DNA from: PVC group bacterium
GTDB lineage: Bacteria > Auribacterota > Erginobacteria > Erginobacterales > Erginobacteraceae
Direction of reading: 5' to 3'
NCBI GenBank assembly: GCA_043804695.1
Contig: JAZDIV010000024.1
Location: 1 to 23,275, forward strand
DNA: 23,275 bases
Below, piece by piece: positions 9,515 through 17,958 of the stretch. Made by a program: the position numbers and the translations under genes. The first letter of the stretch is position 1; every line of letters starts with the position of its first letter. The notes below the pieces were generated by a model that searched no databases, was not told where the DNA came from, and saw nothing but the letters and a program-made list of their open reading frames with translations.

Positions 9515-9807
9515 GTAGCCGTCCCGTATTAAACGGGGCGCACCCTGAAGAGGCTGTCCGTTAATCCCTACAATGTCATCGCGAGCCCCGCAGGGGCGAA
9601 GCGATCTCGACTATTAATCAAAACATGTTGTATTTCATTTAATTGAGATTGCTTCGTCGCTGCGCTCCTCGCAATGACCTTGAGTATGACTAAAATAGCA
9701 TTTATCGGACAGCCTCTGAAGGGTTCGGCTACCAAATGGTAGCCGCAGGCTTTAGCCTGCGCCTGTTGGTGAAACGAATGGTAGCCGCTCCGATAAATCG
9801 GAGCGCC
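9515..9807. repeat. Cluster of GTAG-type REP-like palindromes (one interrupted by MITE 2)
   Basis: GTAGCCGTCCCGTATTAAACGGGGCG, GTAGCCGCAGGCTTTAGCCTGCG, GTAGCCGCTCCGATAAATCGGAGCG and inverted ...CGGCTAC. Confidence 0.75.
9550..9716 (+). mobile_element. 167-bp MITE, copy 2, with TGAA target duplication
   Basis: ccc-TGAA-[GAGGCTGTCCG...CGGACAGCCTC]-TGAA-ggg. The empty site restores the hairpin accc-tgaa-gggt. Confidence 0.88.
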
Positions 9808-9842
9808 TGTCAAAATACAATATAAAAAGGAAAAATCAGACC

Positions 9843-11090
9843 ATGGAAAAAAATAATCCTTACCAGCTGGCCCTGGATCAACTGGCCCGGGTCGCGAAAA
9901 AGATCAAGCTCGATCCGAACATTCACGAAAAACTGAAGCACCCGAAAATCGTTCTGATCGTCGCCGTCCCGATCATCATGGACAACGGCAAGCTCAGGGT
10001 TTTCACCGGGTACCGGGTGCAGCACAATATCGACCGGGGGCCGTCCAAGGGCGGGATCCGGTACCATCCCGATGTCAACCTGGAGGAGGTCAAGGCCCTG
10101 GCCATGTGGATGACCTGGAAGTGCGCCGTGATGGGGCTCCCTTACGGCGGAGCGAAGGGCGGCATTTGCTGCGATCCCAAGAAACTCTCCGAGCGGGAAC
10201 TGGAGAAGCTCACCCGGCGGTTCACCACCGAGATCACGCCCTTCATCGGGCCGCGCAAGGACATCCCCGCCCCCGACGTTTACACCAACCCCCAGACCAT
10301 GGCCTGGATGATGGACACGTTCAGCATGCACTCCGCCTACGCCGTCCCCGGCGTGGTCACCGGCAAGCCGATCGAGATCGGCGGGTCCTTCGGCCGGATG
10401 GAGGCCACCGCCCAGGGATGCATCTTCGCGGTCGAGGAGTTCATGAAGTACCGCGGCCGGGACTTCGACGGGAGCACCTTCGTCATCCAGGGATACGGGA
10501 ACGCCGGGTCGTTTTCGCACAAGATCGCCCAGGCGGGGGGCGCCCGGGTGATCGCCGTCTCCGACAGCAAGGGCGGTATCTTCAACCCGGACGGGCTGGA
10601 CTACCAGGAGGTCAATGCCTTCAAGGACCGGACCGGGTCGGTGAAGAACTTCCCCGGGGCCAAAAACATCACCAACCGGAAGCTTTTGGAACTCCCCTGC
10701 GACGTCCTGATCCCGGCCGCCCTCGGCAACCAGATCACGAAAGAGAACGCCGGGCGGATCAAGGCCGGCCTGATTGCCGAGGCCGCCAACGGTCCGACCA
10801 CCGAGGAAGCCGCCCGGATCCTCTTTGCGAGGAAGATCCCGGTCATCCCGGACATCGTCGCCAACGCCGGCGGCGTGGTGGTGAGCTGCTTCGAGTGGGC
10901 CCAGAACCTGATGGGGTACTTCTGGACCGCGGAGGAGGTCAACTGCCGTCTGCAGGACATCATGGTCCTTACCTGCCAGCGGATCTGGGAACTCTCCCGC
11001 CAGGAGAAGGTCAATCTGCGGTTAGCGGCCTACATCCTGGCCGTGAAGAGGGTGGCGGAAGCGGCCCGCCTCCGGGGCCTCTACCCCTGA
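9843..11090 (+). CDS. gdhA: Glutamate dehydrogenase (Glu/Leu/Phe/Val dehydrogenase, ~45 kDa hexameric type)
   Basis: GYRVQH, GPSKGGIRYHP, MTWKCA, YGGAKGG, DIPAPDV, QGYGNAG, AEAANGP, PDIVANAGGV. Confidence 0.95.
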   Translation: MEKNNPYQLALDQLARVAKKIKLDPNIHEKLKHPKIVLIVAVPIIMDNGKLRVFTGYRVQHNIDRGPSKGGIRYHPDVNLEEVKALAMWMTWKCAVMGLPYGGAKGGICCDPKKLSERELEKLTRRFTTEITPFIGPRKDIPAPDVYTNPQTMAWMMDTFSMHSAYAVPGVVTGKPIEIGGSFGRMEATAQGCIFAVEEFMKYRGRDFDGSTFVIQGYGNAGSFSHKIAQAGGARVIAVSDSKGGIFNPDGLDYQEVNAFKDRTGSVKNFPGAKNITNRKLLELPCDVLIPAALGNQITKENAGRIKAGLIAEAANGPTTEEAARILFARKIPVIPDIVANAGGVVVSCFEWAQNLMGYFWTAEEVNCRLQDIMVLTCQRIWELSRQEKVNLRLAAYILAVKRVAEAARLRGLYP

Positions 11091-11158
11091 TCTGCGGCAG
11101 GTGAATCTGTTCACCAATTGCTTCGGAATTGCAATAAATGTCGTAGCGGCAGCCTTTA

Positions 11159-11325
11159 GAGGCTGTCCGACAACCCCTAAAATGTCATCGCGAGCCCCGG
11201 AGGGGCGAAGCGATCTAAAAGCTTGACCAGAACATGATAGATCCCAACTGGTTGAGATTGCTTCGTCGCTGCGCTCCTCGCAATGACATCCAAAATGCCT
11301 AAAATCCAAATTATCGGACAGCCTC
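11159..11325 (+). mobile_element. 167-bp MITE, copy 3, with TTTA target duplication
   Basis: ggcagcc-TTTA-[GAGGCTGTCCG...CGGACAGCCTC]-TTTA-gactgcc. The empty site restores a GTAG-REP hairpin whose partner is at about 11343-11366. Confidence 0.88.
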
Positions 11326-11424
11326 TTTAGACTGCCAGATAGTGGCGACCTGAAGGTCGCCGCTACGAAGTTAGCGTCGAAGGCGCTAAGTTCCTGCTTC
11401 GGGATTTAAATAACCAGCATATCA

Positions 11425-11569
11425 ACAGGACGATTTATCGACAGGACGATTAAGGATAAAATTATTCAGGCATAAAAAAAATCTTATATTAATAGTCCTG
11501 CCGGATAATCGTCCTGCTATCAAAGGGGGTGAGGTTGGAGGCAATCGTCCTGTCCCGGAATCGTCCTGT
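11425..11569. repeat. Three pairs of CAGGACGATT motifs with 16-bp period (2 forward, 4 reverse)
   Basis: acaggacgatt at 11425 and 11441; aat(c/a)gtcctg at 11491, 11507, 11543 and 11559. Confidence 0.8.
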
Positions 11570-11612
11570 CAAAAAAGTTGCAACGCTAAATTCTGTTAAC
11601 CGGGAGGATACT

Positions 11613-11966
11613 ATGTCTATCAAAAACATAAACGACATCGCGGCCGAGCCGGTGAAAGCCGGCACCGGCGTCTCCCGGCAGGTGTTGATCGGGCCGGGAG
11701 AAGGCCCCCATTTCTCCCTGCGGCGCTTCGTCATCGAGCCCGGGGGGGAGATGCCGAACCACACCAACACCGTGGAACACGAGCAGTACGTTTTGAACGG
11801 CCGCGCCGAGATCGGCCTCGGCGGGCGGACTTTCACCGTCGGGAAAAACGACGCGGTTTTTATTCCGGCCGGCGTCCCCCACTGGTACCGGACCATGGGC
11901 GACGAGCCGTTCGAGTTCATCTGCGTCGTTCCCAACGAACCGGATAAAGTGGAGCTGGTAAAATGA
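11613..11966 (+). CDS. Cupin-domain protein
   Basis: GGGAGG RBS before ATG 11613 (MSIKN...); cupin motifs PNHTNTVEHEQYVLNG and FIPAGVPHWY. Confidence 0.9.
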   Translation: MSIKNINDIAAEPVKAGTGVSRQVLIGPGEGPHFSLRRFVIEPGGEMPNHTNTVEHEQYVLNGRAEIGLGGRTFTVGKNDAVFIPAGVPHWYRTMGDEPFEFICVVPNEPDKVELVK

Positions 11967-12029
11967 ATCTGTATAAACAGACGATCGAATGTGATTGGAT
12001 ATGATTGATCCTTGCTATACGAAAATTAC

Positions 12030-12095
12030 GTTCGATGTTCGATGTTCGACGTTCGATGTTCAGTTTTTTCCATCACTCCACCACTCCATCACTCC
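12030..12095. repeat. Heptamer (GTTCGAT)n followed by 8-mer (CATCACTC)n arrays between convergent genes
   Basis: gttcgatgttcgatgttcgacgttcgatgttc; ccatcactccaccactccatcactcc. Confidence 0.85.
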
Positions 12096-12116
12096 GGAAC
12101 CCGGTCTGAACTTCGT

Positions 12117-13175
12117 TCAGGCCGGGTTCTCCCTCCCCTCCTCCAGCTGCGTCTGGAGGTGGGGGACGCCGGCGTGGAACCGCTCCAGTTCGATATCGAA
12201 CCCGTCCACGACTGCGACGGCGGGGGTTTTCACCCCGTCCTTGATCAGGTTGACCAGTCTCCCCTTGATGTGGAGCCGGAGCCCTTCCTTGAACTCTCCC
12301 CTGACCGCGCCGTCGTACATGATCAGTTGGATGTCATCGGCCTTCTCACCGTCGATATAGACGTTCTCCAGCCCGAGCACGACCGGGACATAGAGGGAGT
12401 GCCGGTTGTCGGCCACCGTCCCGTAAACCTCGATCGGTTCCCTGACCAGTTCCACCGCGCAGTCGCGGACCGGGGCGTCCAGGAGGTTGCGGTACACGTA
12501 GAAGGTGCAGACCTCCTCCCGGTCGACGTAGATCTTGAGCGGCCAGAACTTTCCGTACTCAACCACCTGCCGCTCCGGCTGGCTGTAAATGATGGACCAG
12601 AGCTTGTGGACCGTCTTCATGTTCTCTTCCGGGGTGCCGAAGAAGACCAGGTCGATATCGGCCCCCTGCCGCCCCAGCGCCGAGGAGCCGGTGATCCCCA
12701 GCCGATCCATGGGCACCTCGAAGAGGTCGCTGGTCATCTCCACCACCTCTTTGACCCGGGGATAATGCTCCATCACGTATCGGAGCGCCGACCAATCGTT
12801 GAAATATCCGGCAAAACTCTCCCGGGGAAAGGCGACCTGGTACTCGGCCAGGATCAGGTGGTGGGAATCGGGCGGCAGGTCGGGGAAGAGACGGTAGAGC
12901 TTTTTGATCTGGTCCTTGTGAGAGACATAGACCTCCTCGCCGTTCCGCACCTCCTTGACGATACTGGCGTAGCGGCGCCCGTGGATATCCTTTTCTCCGT
13001 CCGGGTCCGGGTAATAGATCAGCTTCCCGACCACGGTGTCATCCGGATGCCAGTATCCTTCCGTGTACACGAAACTCCCGGCCTTGCTCATCAGGTAGGT
13101 GGTATCGAGCGGCCCCAGCGTCAGCTCGGACATCGGCCTGAGAATCTCTCCGATCACTTCATCAAAACGATCCAT
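12117..13175 (-). CDS. Pol-beta superfamily nucleotidyltransferase, COG1665-like (paralog 2)
   Basis: GITGSSALG..GADIDLVFFG; shares EGYxHP, YxPDPxGEKxIxG, YxSI, GTVxxxRH and YxGxxRGE(Y/F)KxG with 8452..9480. Confidence 0.8.
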   Translation of the reverse strand: MDRFDEVIGEILRPMSELTLGPLDTTYLMSKAGSFVYTEGYWHPDDTVVGKLIYYPDPDGEKDIHGRRYASIVKEVRNGEEVYVSHKDQIKKLYRLFPDLPPDSHHLILAEYQVAFPRESFAGYFNDWSALRYVMEHYPRVKEVVEMTSDLFEVPMDRLGITGSSALGRQGADIDLVFFGTPEENMKTVHKLWSIIYSQPERQVVEYGKFWPLKIYVDREEVCTFYVYRNLLDAPVRDCAVELVREPIEVYGTVADNRHSLYVPVVLGLENVYIDGEKADDIQLIMYDGAVRGEFKEGLRLHIKGRLVNLIKDGVKTPAVAVVDGFDIELERFHAGVPHLQTQLEEGRENPA

Positions 13176-13276
13176 GCTCTTTCTCCCTTATCCCCTCGCC
13201 GCGCCCCCTTTCTGAACAGACGATTGGATGTGATTGAATAGAAATTGTGGCCCCTACCGCAGCCCCATTTAAAAGC

Positions 13277-13373
13277 AAATATCGAATATCGAATAATGAA
13301 TATCGAACTTCGAAGGTCGCTTTGGCTGGGCTCGTTCACTTCGATATTCGGTGTTCGATATTCTGCGGTTCGT
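13277..13373. repeat. Inverted heptamer arrays (AATATCG)n ... (CGATATT)n
   Basis: aatatcgaatatcgaataatgaatatcgaacttcgaag ... cttcgatattcggtgttcgatattc. Confidence 0.8.
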
Positions 13374-13405
13374 TATTCGCTTTTTCCTCCGCCCCGGCCT
13401 CAACT

Positions 13406-16324
13406 TTAGGCACTTTTCTTTTCCTTCCCAACATAGTCCAGGAAATCCAGTTCGTCGGCGGACAGTCCTTTTTCGTAAACGAAGCTCGAGGCCAGGGACG
13501 ACGCGAAGACCGCCTTCAGGTAAGCATCCGGGACCCGCTTCATCAGGGTCTTCATCCCCACCCGGCGGAGCAGGACGGCGGGGCAGTGCCTCCGGAGGAC
13601 GGACTGGCAGAGATCCCGGTCAGCAAAGAGCGCGGAGGAATAAACCTTGTCGGTGACCCGGTTGATCGTGTCGCTCAGCAGGTCGGAGAGGACCGAGAGG
13701 GGGCGGCCGGAGGATTGGTGCTCCCGCCAGAGGACCCGGAACTCGGCCGAGGCGTTCCGCCGGATGATCTCGATGATCTCGGCGATGTATTTCTGCCGGA
13801 AAACCGGCTCGCGGCCGCCGGGCGCGATCGTCATCAGCCGGGCGAACTCGCCGTCCTCCAGCGCCAGGGACGCCAGCACCTCCAGGGAGGACGAGGTCAC
13901 CCCTCCTTTGTTGGCGGAGGCGTCCTTGAAAAGAATGATCCCCTTCTCCTCCAGGCGGAGGCGCGCCTCCTGGGTGATGAAGAGGTTGGCGCCCTCGACG
14001 ATGATCCGGGCCCGGGGCACCCCCTTTTCATTGAAAAACTCCTGCCAGTTTCCGATCCCGATCGCCCGGGGACGGCCGCCGCAGGGGATGAAAAGGTCGG
14101 CGGAGAGGCCCGGGTAGAAGTGGAAACGGTTCCGGAAGTCGGTCCCGTTGAGTACGATCGTGCCGTCGGGGAGATGGACGTCCCGCTCCCCCACCCCCAC
14201 GAAGAAACCCCGGCGGGAAAGCTTTTTCCGGTTAAAGTACCGGACGGTCAGCCGGCGCCGCGCCAGCCGCTTCAGTTCCTTCCGGTCCAACCCTTTCGGG
14301 TCGTAGATAACGCCGCTCCCGTCGATAACCGCCAGGGTCCGGTCGCGGGAGATCAGGATCTCGTTGCTCCCCAGGTCGCCGTCGGGACCGCCGGTCTGGA
14401 ACTTGGTGATCTTCTCCTCCTTCATGTCCAGCGCCCGCAGGGTATCCATCACGTACTGGTGGATCCCCCGGGTGGTCATCCCGTAGGTGTCATGGGGGAT
14501 TCCTCCCAGTTCCGGCTTTTTGCCGGTGGTGAACGCCCGCCAGTAGCGGTAGCCCCGGTAGCGGGCGTGCATGGCCGCCCAGTCCATCAGGTGGGCCGTC
14601 CCCTCGTCCGGCCCCAGGAAGAGAATCTCCTCCTTCCCGTACAGGTCCACGATCTCGGGGTGCGGGAGGAGGAGATCGAGCAGCCCGTCGATGTAGTGCC
14701 GGAAAAGGCTCTCCCCCGCCGCGCGGTAATCAAGGCTCAAAAGGATCGTCCCCTTGGCGCCCCCTTCCGGGATGTCCTTGTTCTTGCTCTGCTGGGTCTG
14801 GGCCAGGTTATAGTTCTCGTCGAAGATGAAATCGGAGTTGAGATCGTAGTCGTTCTGGGTGGGCGAGCGGACCAGGCGGATCCCCCCCCGGGCGATGTCC
14901 CGGAAACGGATGTGGAAACCCCGGAACCCCTTGCCGATCAGGAAGAAGATCCCGTACGGTTTTTCGGGGTAATCAACCGGGTTGAGGAAGGACGGGTCGA
15001 GGCGGAAGGAAAGGCAGACTTTCTCCTTCTTGAAAAAGTTCGTCTTCAGGACGGCCTGATTGAAGGTGATGAGCGCCTCCAGGATGTTCCGCGCGATCTC
15101 CGAAGAGACATCTTCCTCCATCATCTTCCGGGCTTTCGCCAGGTGGGGGTTGTTCTTCCCCACCCTCTCCCTCCCCGGGAAGAAGCGGTGGAAGAAGTCA
15201 TGAAAGATCTCCCGCACGATCTCCCGGTGGGTGAGCACCGTGTTGATCACCCGAGCCTCGTGGTAGGTGTCCTTGGCCAGGTGCGTCTTGAAGAGAGCGA
15301 GGGTGCCCAGAAGCTCGGGCTTATCCCCCAGCGCCCGGGAGAGCGTCACGTACTCCTCGGTATAGGAAGTCAGGAACTGGTGGGCGAAGCCGGCGGCGGC
15401 ATAGGCGTACTTGGTCTCCTCGGCGCTGAAGTCCCCGGAATAAAACAGTTCCGACAGCTGGTCCGAGGGCAGCAGGGCGGCCATCGAGATGTCCTGGAAG
15501 AGCCGCTCCATTTCCAGTTGAGACCGGTTCCGGTCGAGATAAAAAGAGAAGATGACCGTCCCGTCGCCGAACGGCTCCACGTACTCGCGGTTGATGTGGG
15601 CGTCGTGTTTCTTCAGGATAAAAGTGTAGTTGGTGAAGAATCCCTTGGCCGCGTCCCGCCCCATCCCCACCATGATCCTGGTCTCCCCCTGCTTCGGCAG
15701 CTCGGAGAAGGCGATCCGGGGAACGTCGCAGGCCCGCAGCCGGTTCCAGAGCTTGCGATACCGGTCGATGGTGCTTTTCGGAGAGTTTCCCATGAACTCC
15801 CGGGAGGCCGCCTCTTCGAAGACCGCTGTCGGGGTCCCGAAAGCGGCGGAGAAATGCGGGCGAGAGACCACGTAGAGACGGAGCGGGAATCCCCGGCACC
15901 GGTAGCTCTGCAGCCGGTAGACCGGGTACTGGGACTCGATCCTCCCCTTCAGGGTCCGGATCTGGTCGTAGTCGTCCTCCGTCATGTAGGTGCCGCTCTC
16001 GCCGTGCTCGCTGACGAACTGGATGGAGACGTGCCGGCCGCCGGAATTCTCGGAGATGATCCGGGTGGCCCGGATCGACTCGATGTGCCGGGCGATCTCT
16101 TTCGGCGGGGTGTACTTGAAGTAATAATCGGCGATCCCCAGCTGGAGGCAGAACCAGGCGATCTCCTTCCGGACCCGCTCGGGGGTGAAGTTCCCCCGGC
16201 CAAGGATCAGTGACTCGATCTCCTCCAGCTGCTTGAGTGAGAGCGGGACGTTAGAGGCGATCTCTTTCAAAGACGGCTGGAGCGCCGGTTTTTTAGGAGT
16301 TGTCACCGCGGCATTTTTTTTCAT
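13406..16324 (-). CDS. Large NAD-specific glutamate dehydrogenase (~110 kDa, fungal/protist GDH2-like type)
   Basis: GFHIRFRDIARGGIRLV, ENYNLAxTQQxKNKDIPEGGAKG, GPDEGTA, GGIPHDTYGMTT, KFQTGGPDGDLGSNEI, KDASANKGGVTSSSLEVL. Confidence 0.92.
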   Translation of the reverse strand: MKKNAAVTTPKKPALQPSLKEIASNVPLSLKQLEEIESLILGRGNFTPERVRKEIAWFCLQLGIADYYFKYTPPKEIARHIESIRATRIISENSGGRHVSIQFVSEHGESGTYMTEDDYDQIRTLKGRIESQYPVYRLQSYRCRGFPLRLYVVSRPHFSAAFGTPTAVFEEAASREFMGNSPKSTIDRYRKLWNRLRACDVPRIAFSELPKQGETRIMVGMGRDAAKGFFTNYTFILKKHDAHINREYVEPFGDGTVIFSFYLDRNRSQLEMERLFQDISMAALLPSDQLSELFYSGDFSAEETKYAYAAAGFAHQFLTSYTEEYVTLSRALGDKPELLGTLALFKTHLAKDTYHEARVINTVLTHREIVREIFHDFFHRFFPGRERVGKNNPHLAKARKMMEEDVSSEIARNILEALITFNQAVLKTNFFKKEKVCLSFRLDPSFLNPVDYPEKPYGIFFLIGKGFRGFHIRFRDIARGGIRLVRSPTQNDYDLNSDFIFDENYNLAQTQQSKNKDIPEGGAKGTILLSLDYRAAGESLFRHYIDGLLDLLLPHPEIVDLYGKEEILFLGPDEGTAHLMDWAAMHARYRGYRYWRAFTTGKKPELGGIPHDTYGMTTRGIHQYVMDTLRALDMKEEKITKFQTGGPDGDLGSNEILISRDRTLAVIDGSGVIYDPKGLDRKELKRLARRRLTVRYFNRKKLSRRGFFVGVGERDVHLPDGTIVLNGTDFRNRFHFYPGLSADLFIPCGGRPRAIGIGNWQEFFNEKGVPRARIIVEGANLFITQEARLRLEEKGIILFKDASANKGGVTSSSLEVLASLALEDGEFARLMTIAPGGREPVFRQKYIAEIIEIIRRNASAEFRVLWREHQSSGRPLSVLSDLLSDTINRVTDKVYSSALFADRDLCQSVLRRHCPAVLLRRVGMKTLMKRVPDAYLKAVFASSLASSFVYEKGLSADELDFLDYVGKEKKSA

Positions 16325-16521
16325 TTATTTTTCATCTCCGCCAGTCGGGTTAAAAAAACCGACCGCATATGTAAATGTTCTTTGCGAATCCGTTTCATCC
16401 GCCGTTTCAGCTGTTCGGGAGTGAGTGTGCTCTTCATCAGCTTAAGAGAAAGATCGGTAAGATCAAGATAAGTCATGATCCGTTCCGATGCAGACATAGA
16501 CATGTGATTACCATGCTTCAT
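16321..16521 (-). CDS. Small basic helical hypothetical protein, translationally coupled to the large GDH
   Basis: ATGA overlap with the GDH start; 66 aa; candidate promoter just upstream; lower GC than the GDH gene. Confidence 0.5.
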   Translation of the reverse strand: MKHGNHMSMSASERIMTYLDLTDLSLKLMKSTLTPEQLKRRMKRIRKEHLHMRSVFLTRLAEMKNK

Positions 16522-16530
16522 TATCCTGAC

Positions 16531-16559
16531 AGTATAGCCCTCATCCCTGCCCGGGTAAA
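16531..16559 (-). promoter_or_regulatory. Candidate sigma70 promoter
   Basis: Minus strand TTTACC-17 nt-TATACT, ending 9 nt before ATG 16521. Confidence 0.4.
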
Positions 16560-16660
16560 GCCAAAAGGAACGTTGCCCTCATGGGGCAACATTCCGGAAT
16601 ATTGGAGTACTGCCTGCCTGCAGGTAGGGAATGATGGAGTGATGGAAGCCACCGCCACCT

Positions 16661-16695
16661 GTCATTGCGATCCGCTGAAGGCGGAGAAGCAATCT
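16661..16695 (+). repeat. GTCATTGCGA...GAAGCAATCT REP-like unit
   Basis: Conserved arms around the inner hairpin TCCGC-TGAAG-GCGGA. Confidence 0.8.
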
Positions 16696-16822
16696 CCCCT
16701 CCTCTCCCCCTAATTTTTTTTTGGGGGAGTGAGGGGGGTTAAACCATGCTCTGTGGGAGAGGCTTCCAGCCTCGATCAGGTCGAGACGTAGCGCGTGACG
16801 CACTTATTGAGGACTCTTTATC

Positions 16823-17023
16823 TCACGCAGTCTGGAACTGCATGGTTGAGAGCTCTTCCTTGGAAGCACGCGCAGAGATTCCAAGGAATTCGACACCAAC
16901 TACACGATCATTCTCATCGAAATCGAGAATGACGCCTGGTCGCACTTCTTCAGACTCGACGATCTTGCCCTCATCGAGACGGAAATAGAGTGCGTCGCTG
17001 TCTTTGTCTACTTTAATTCTCAT
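16823..17023 (-). CDS. DUF2283 family protein (putative antitoxin)
   Basis: MRIKVDKDSDALYFRL...ESEEVRPGVILDFDENDRVVGVEFL; ATGA overlap with the upstream gene. Confidence 0.88.
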   Translation of the reverse strand: MRIKVDKDSDALYFRLDEGKIVESEEVRPGVILDFDENDRVVGVEFLGISARASKEELSTMQFQTA

Positions 17024-17259
17024 TCCTTTCTCCTCAATCTCCGATCGAAAAACGCTGTCACGCGTTTTTCCGGGGTGGCCATGACGTTCACTATGACCCG
17101 CAGGTGCCGCCCGCCGAACTCCGGGATCCGCTTAATGAAGTGCCGAGTGCCATCGTCATGATCTTCCATTCGGTCCGGATCATCCATGGACCGATCCACC
17201 CATTCGCGCTTGATGCCGCGTTCGTTCAGCATGTCATCGAAATGGATCGAATCCTGCAT
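17020..17259 (-). CDS. DUF4258 family protein (putative RelE/BrnT-like toxin)
   Basis: HFxxMLxERGIxxEWV...PD...LRVIVN...VTAFFDRR; typical partner of DUF2283. Confidence 0.82.
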   Translation of the reverse strand: MQDSIHFDDMLNERGIKREWVDRSMDDPDRMEDHDDGTRHFIKRIPEFGGRHLRVIVNVMATPEKRVTAFFDRRLRRKE

Positions 17260-17442
17260 GGGAATAAGCTACCACTAACGACGTCGCATGTCATCAGCCA
17301 TCATGCCCCCAACATCGTTTTCTGCATTTGATCTTACTAATTATAGCTGTCTACCCATAGCCGGCAAAGCCCATTTAAAGGGAACGGAGTATTGGAGTAC
17401 TGGAATAGTGGAGTGATGGAGTGATGGACCCGGCCCATCCCT

Positions 17443-17524
17443 GTCATTGCGAGGAGCGCAGCGACGAAGCAATCTCCCCAGCCCCTGTCATTGCGATCCC
17501 CGACTTGTCGGGGAGAAGCAATCT
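17443..17524 (+). repeat. Tandem pair of GTCATTGCGA...GAAGCAATCT units
   Basis: Units 17443-17475 and 17487-17524; the second is identical to 20138-20175. Confidence 0.85.
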
Positions 17525-17610
17525 CCAATCCCATCCCCGGTGAGCTTGGCCTCCCCCGATATGGCACAGCCATTTTTCGGGGTCTCACCGGAATGTAAGT
17601 TCAACAGCTA

Positions 17611-17818
17611 TAGCCTACTCGAAAAGAGTTTCGAGTGGGAAATCCTAAATCCTAATATCTAAATCCAAAATAAATTCTAAATCCAAATTTCAAATGTTCA
17701 AAACATCGTGCCATCGACGCTTTTGTTTTGAATTTATTATTTTGGTCATTAGATATTGTTTAGGATTTCGTGCTTAGATATTAGGATTTAAGAGCTTGCG
17801 AGCTTTTCGAGCAAGCTC
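17611..17818. mobile_element. Candidate ~210-bp MITE-like element enclosing inverted AAATCCT-type heptamer arrays
   Basis: Imperfect terminal inverted repeats TAGCCTACTCGAAAAG / CTTTTCGAGCAAGCTC, with TA on both flanks; internal aaatcct.../...aggattt symmetry. Confidence 0.5.
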
Positions 17819-17821
17819 TAG

Positions 17822-17958
17822 CTATGACGTCACATCAAACAAAAAACGGCCCCTGCCACCTTGCGTGGCAGGGGAAGAAGTTCAATGGCTATCGAGTCAC
17901 ATTACATGAAAAACGGCCCCTGCCACCTTGTGTGGCAGGGGAGAAAGTTCATAAGCTA
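17822..17958 (+). repeat. Tandem ~67-bp duplication carrying a strong hairpin
   Basis: Two copies of AAAAACGG-CCCCTGCCAC-CTTGY-GTGGCAGGGG...AAGTTCA. Confidence 0.85.

Noticed and set aside
11529..11612. Longer GTG start for the cupin
   Set aside because: The extension is repeat-derived; a strong RBS precedes ATG 11613.
13247..16213. 988-aa ORF antisense to the large GDH (also the long antisense or shifted ORFs at 8272-9339, 12012-13241, 10106-11104 and 19033-20334)
   Set aside because: Shadow ORFs expected from strong GC3 bias; no recognisable motifs, and they overlap genes with clear family signatures.
17255..17320. GTT-core-like motifs upstream of the DUF4258 gene, suggesting an integron cassette
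   Set aside because: Imperfect match and no inverse core after the DUF2283 stop; too weak.
17822..17958. Possible mini-CRISPR array
   Set aside because: Only two units, the inter-hairpin segments resemble each other rather than being unique spacers, and there are no cas genes in the window.
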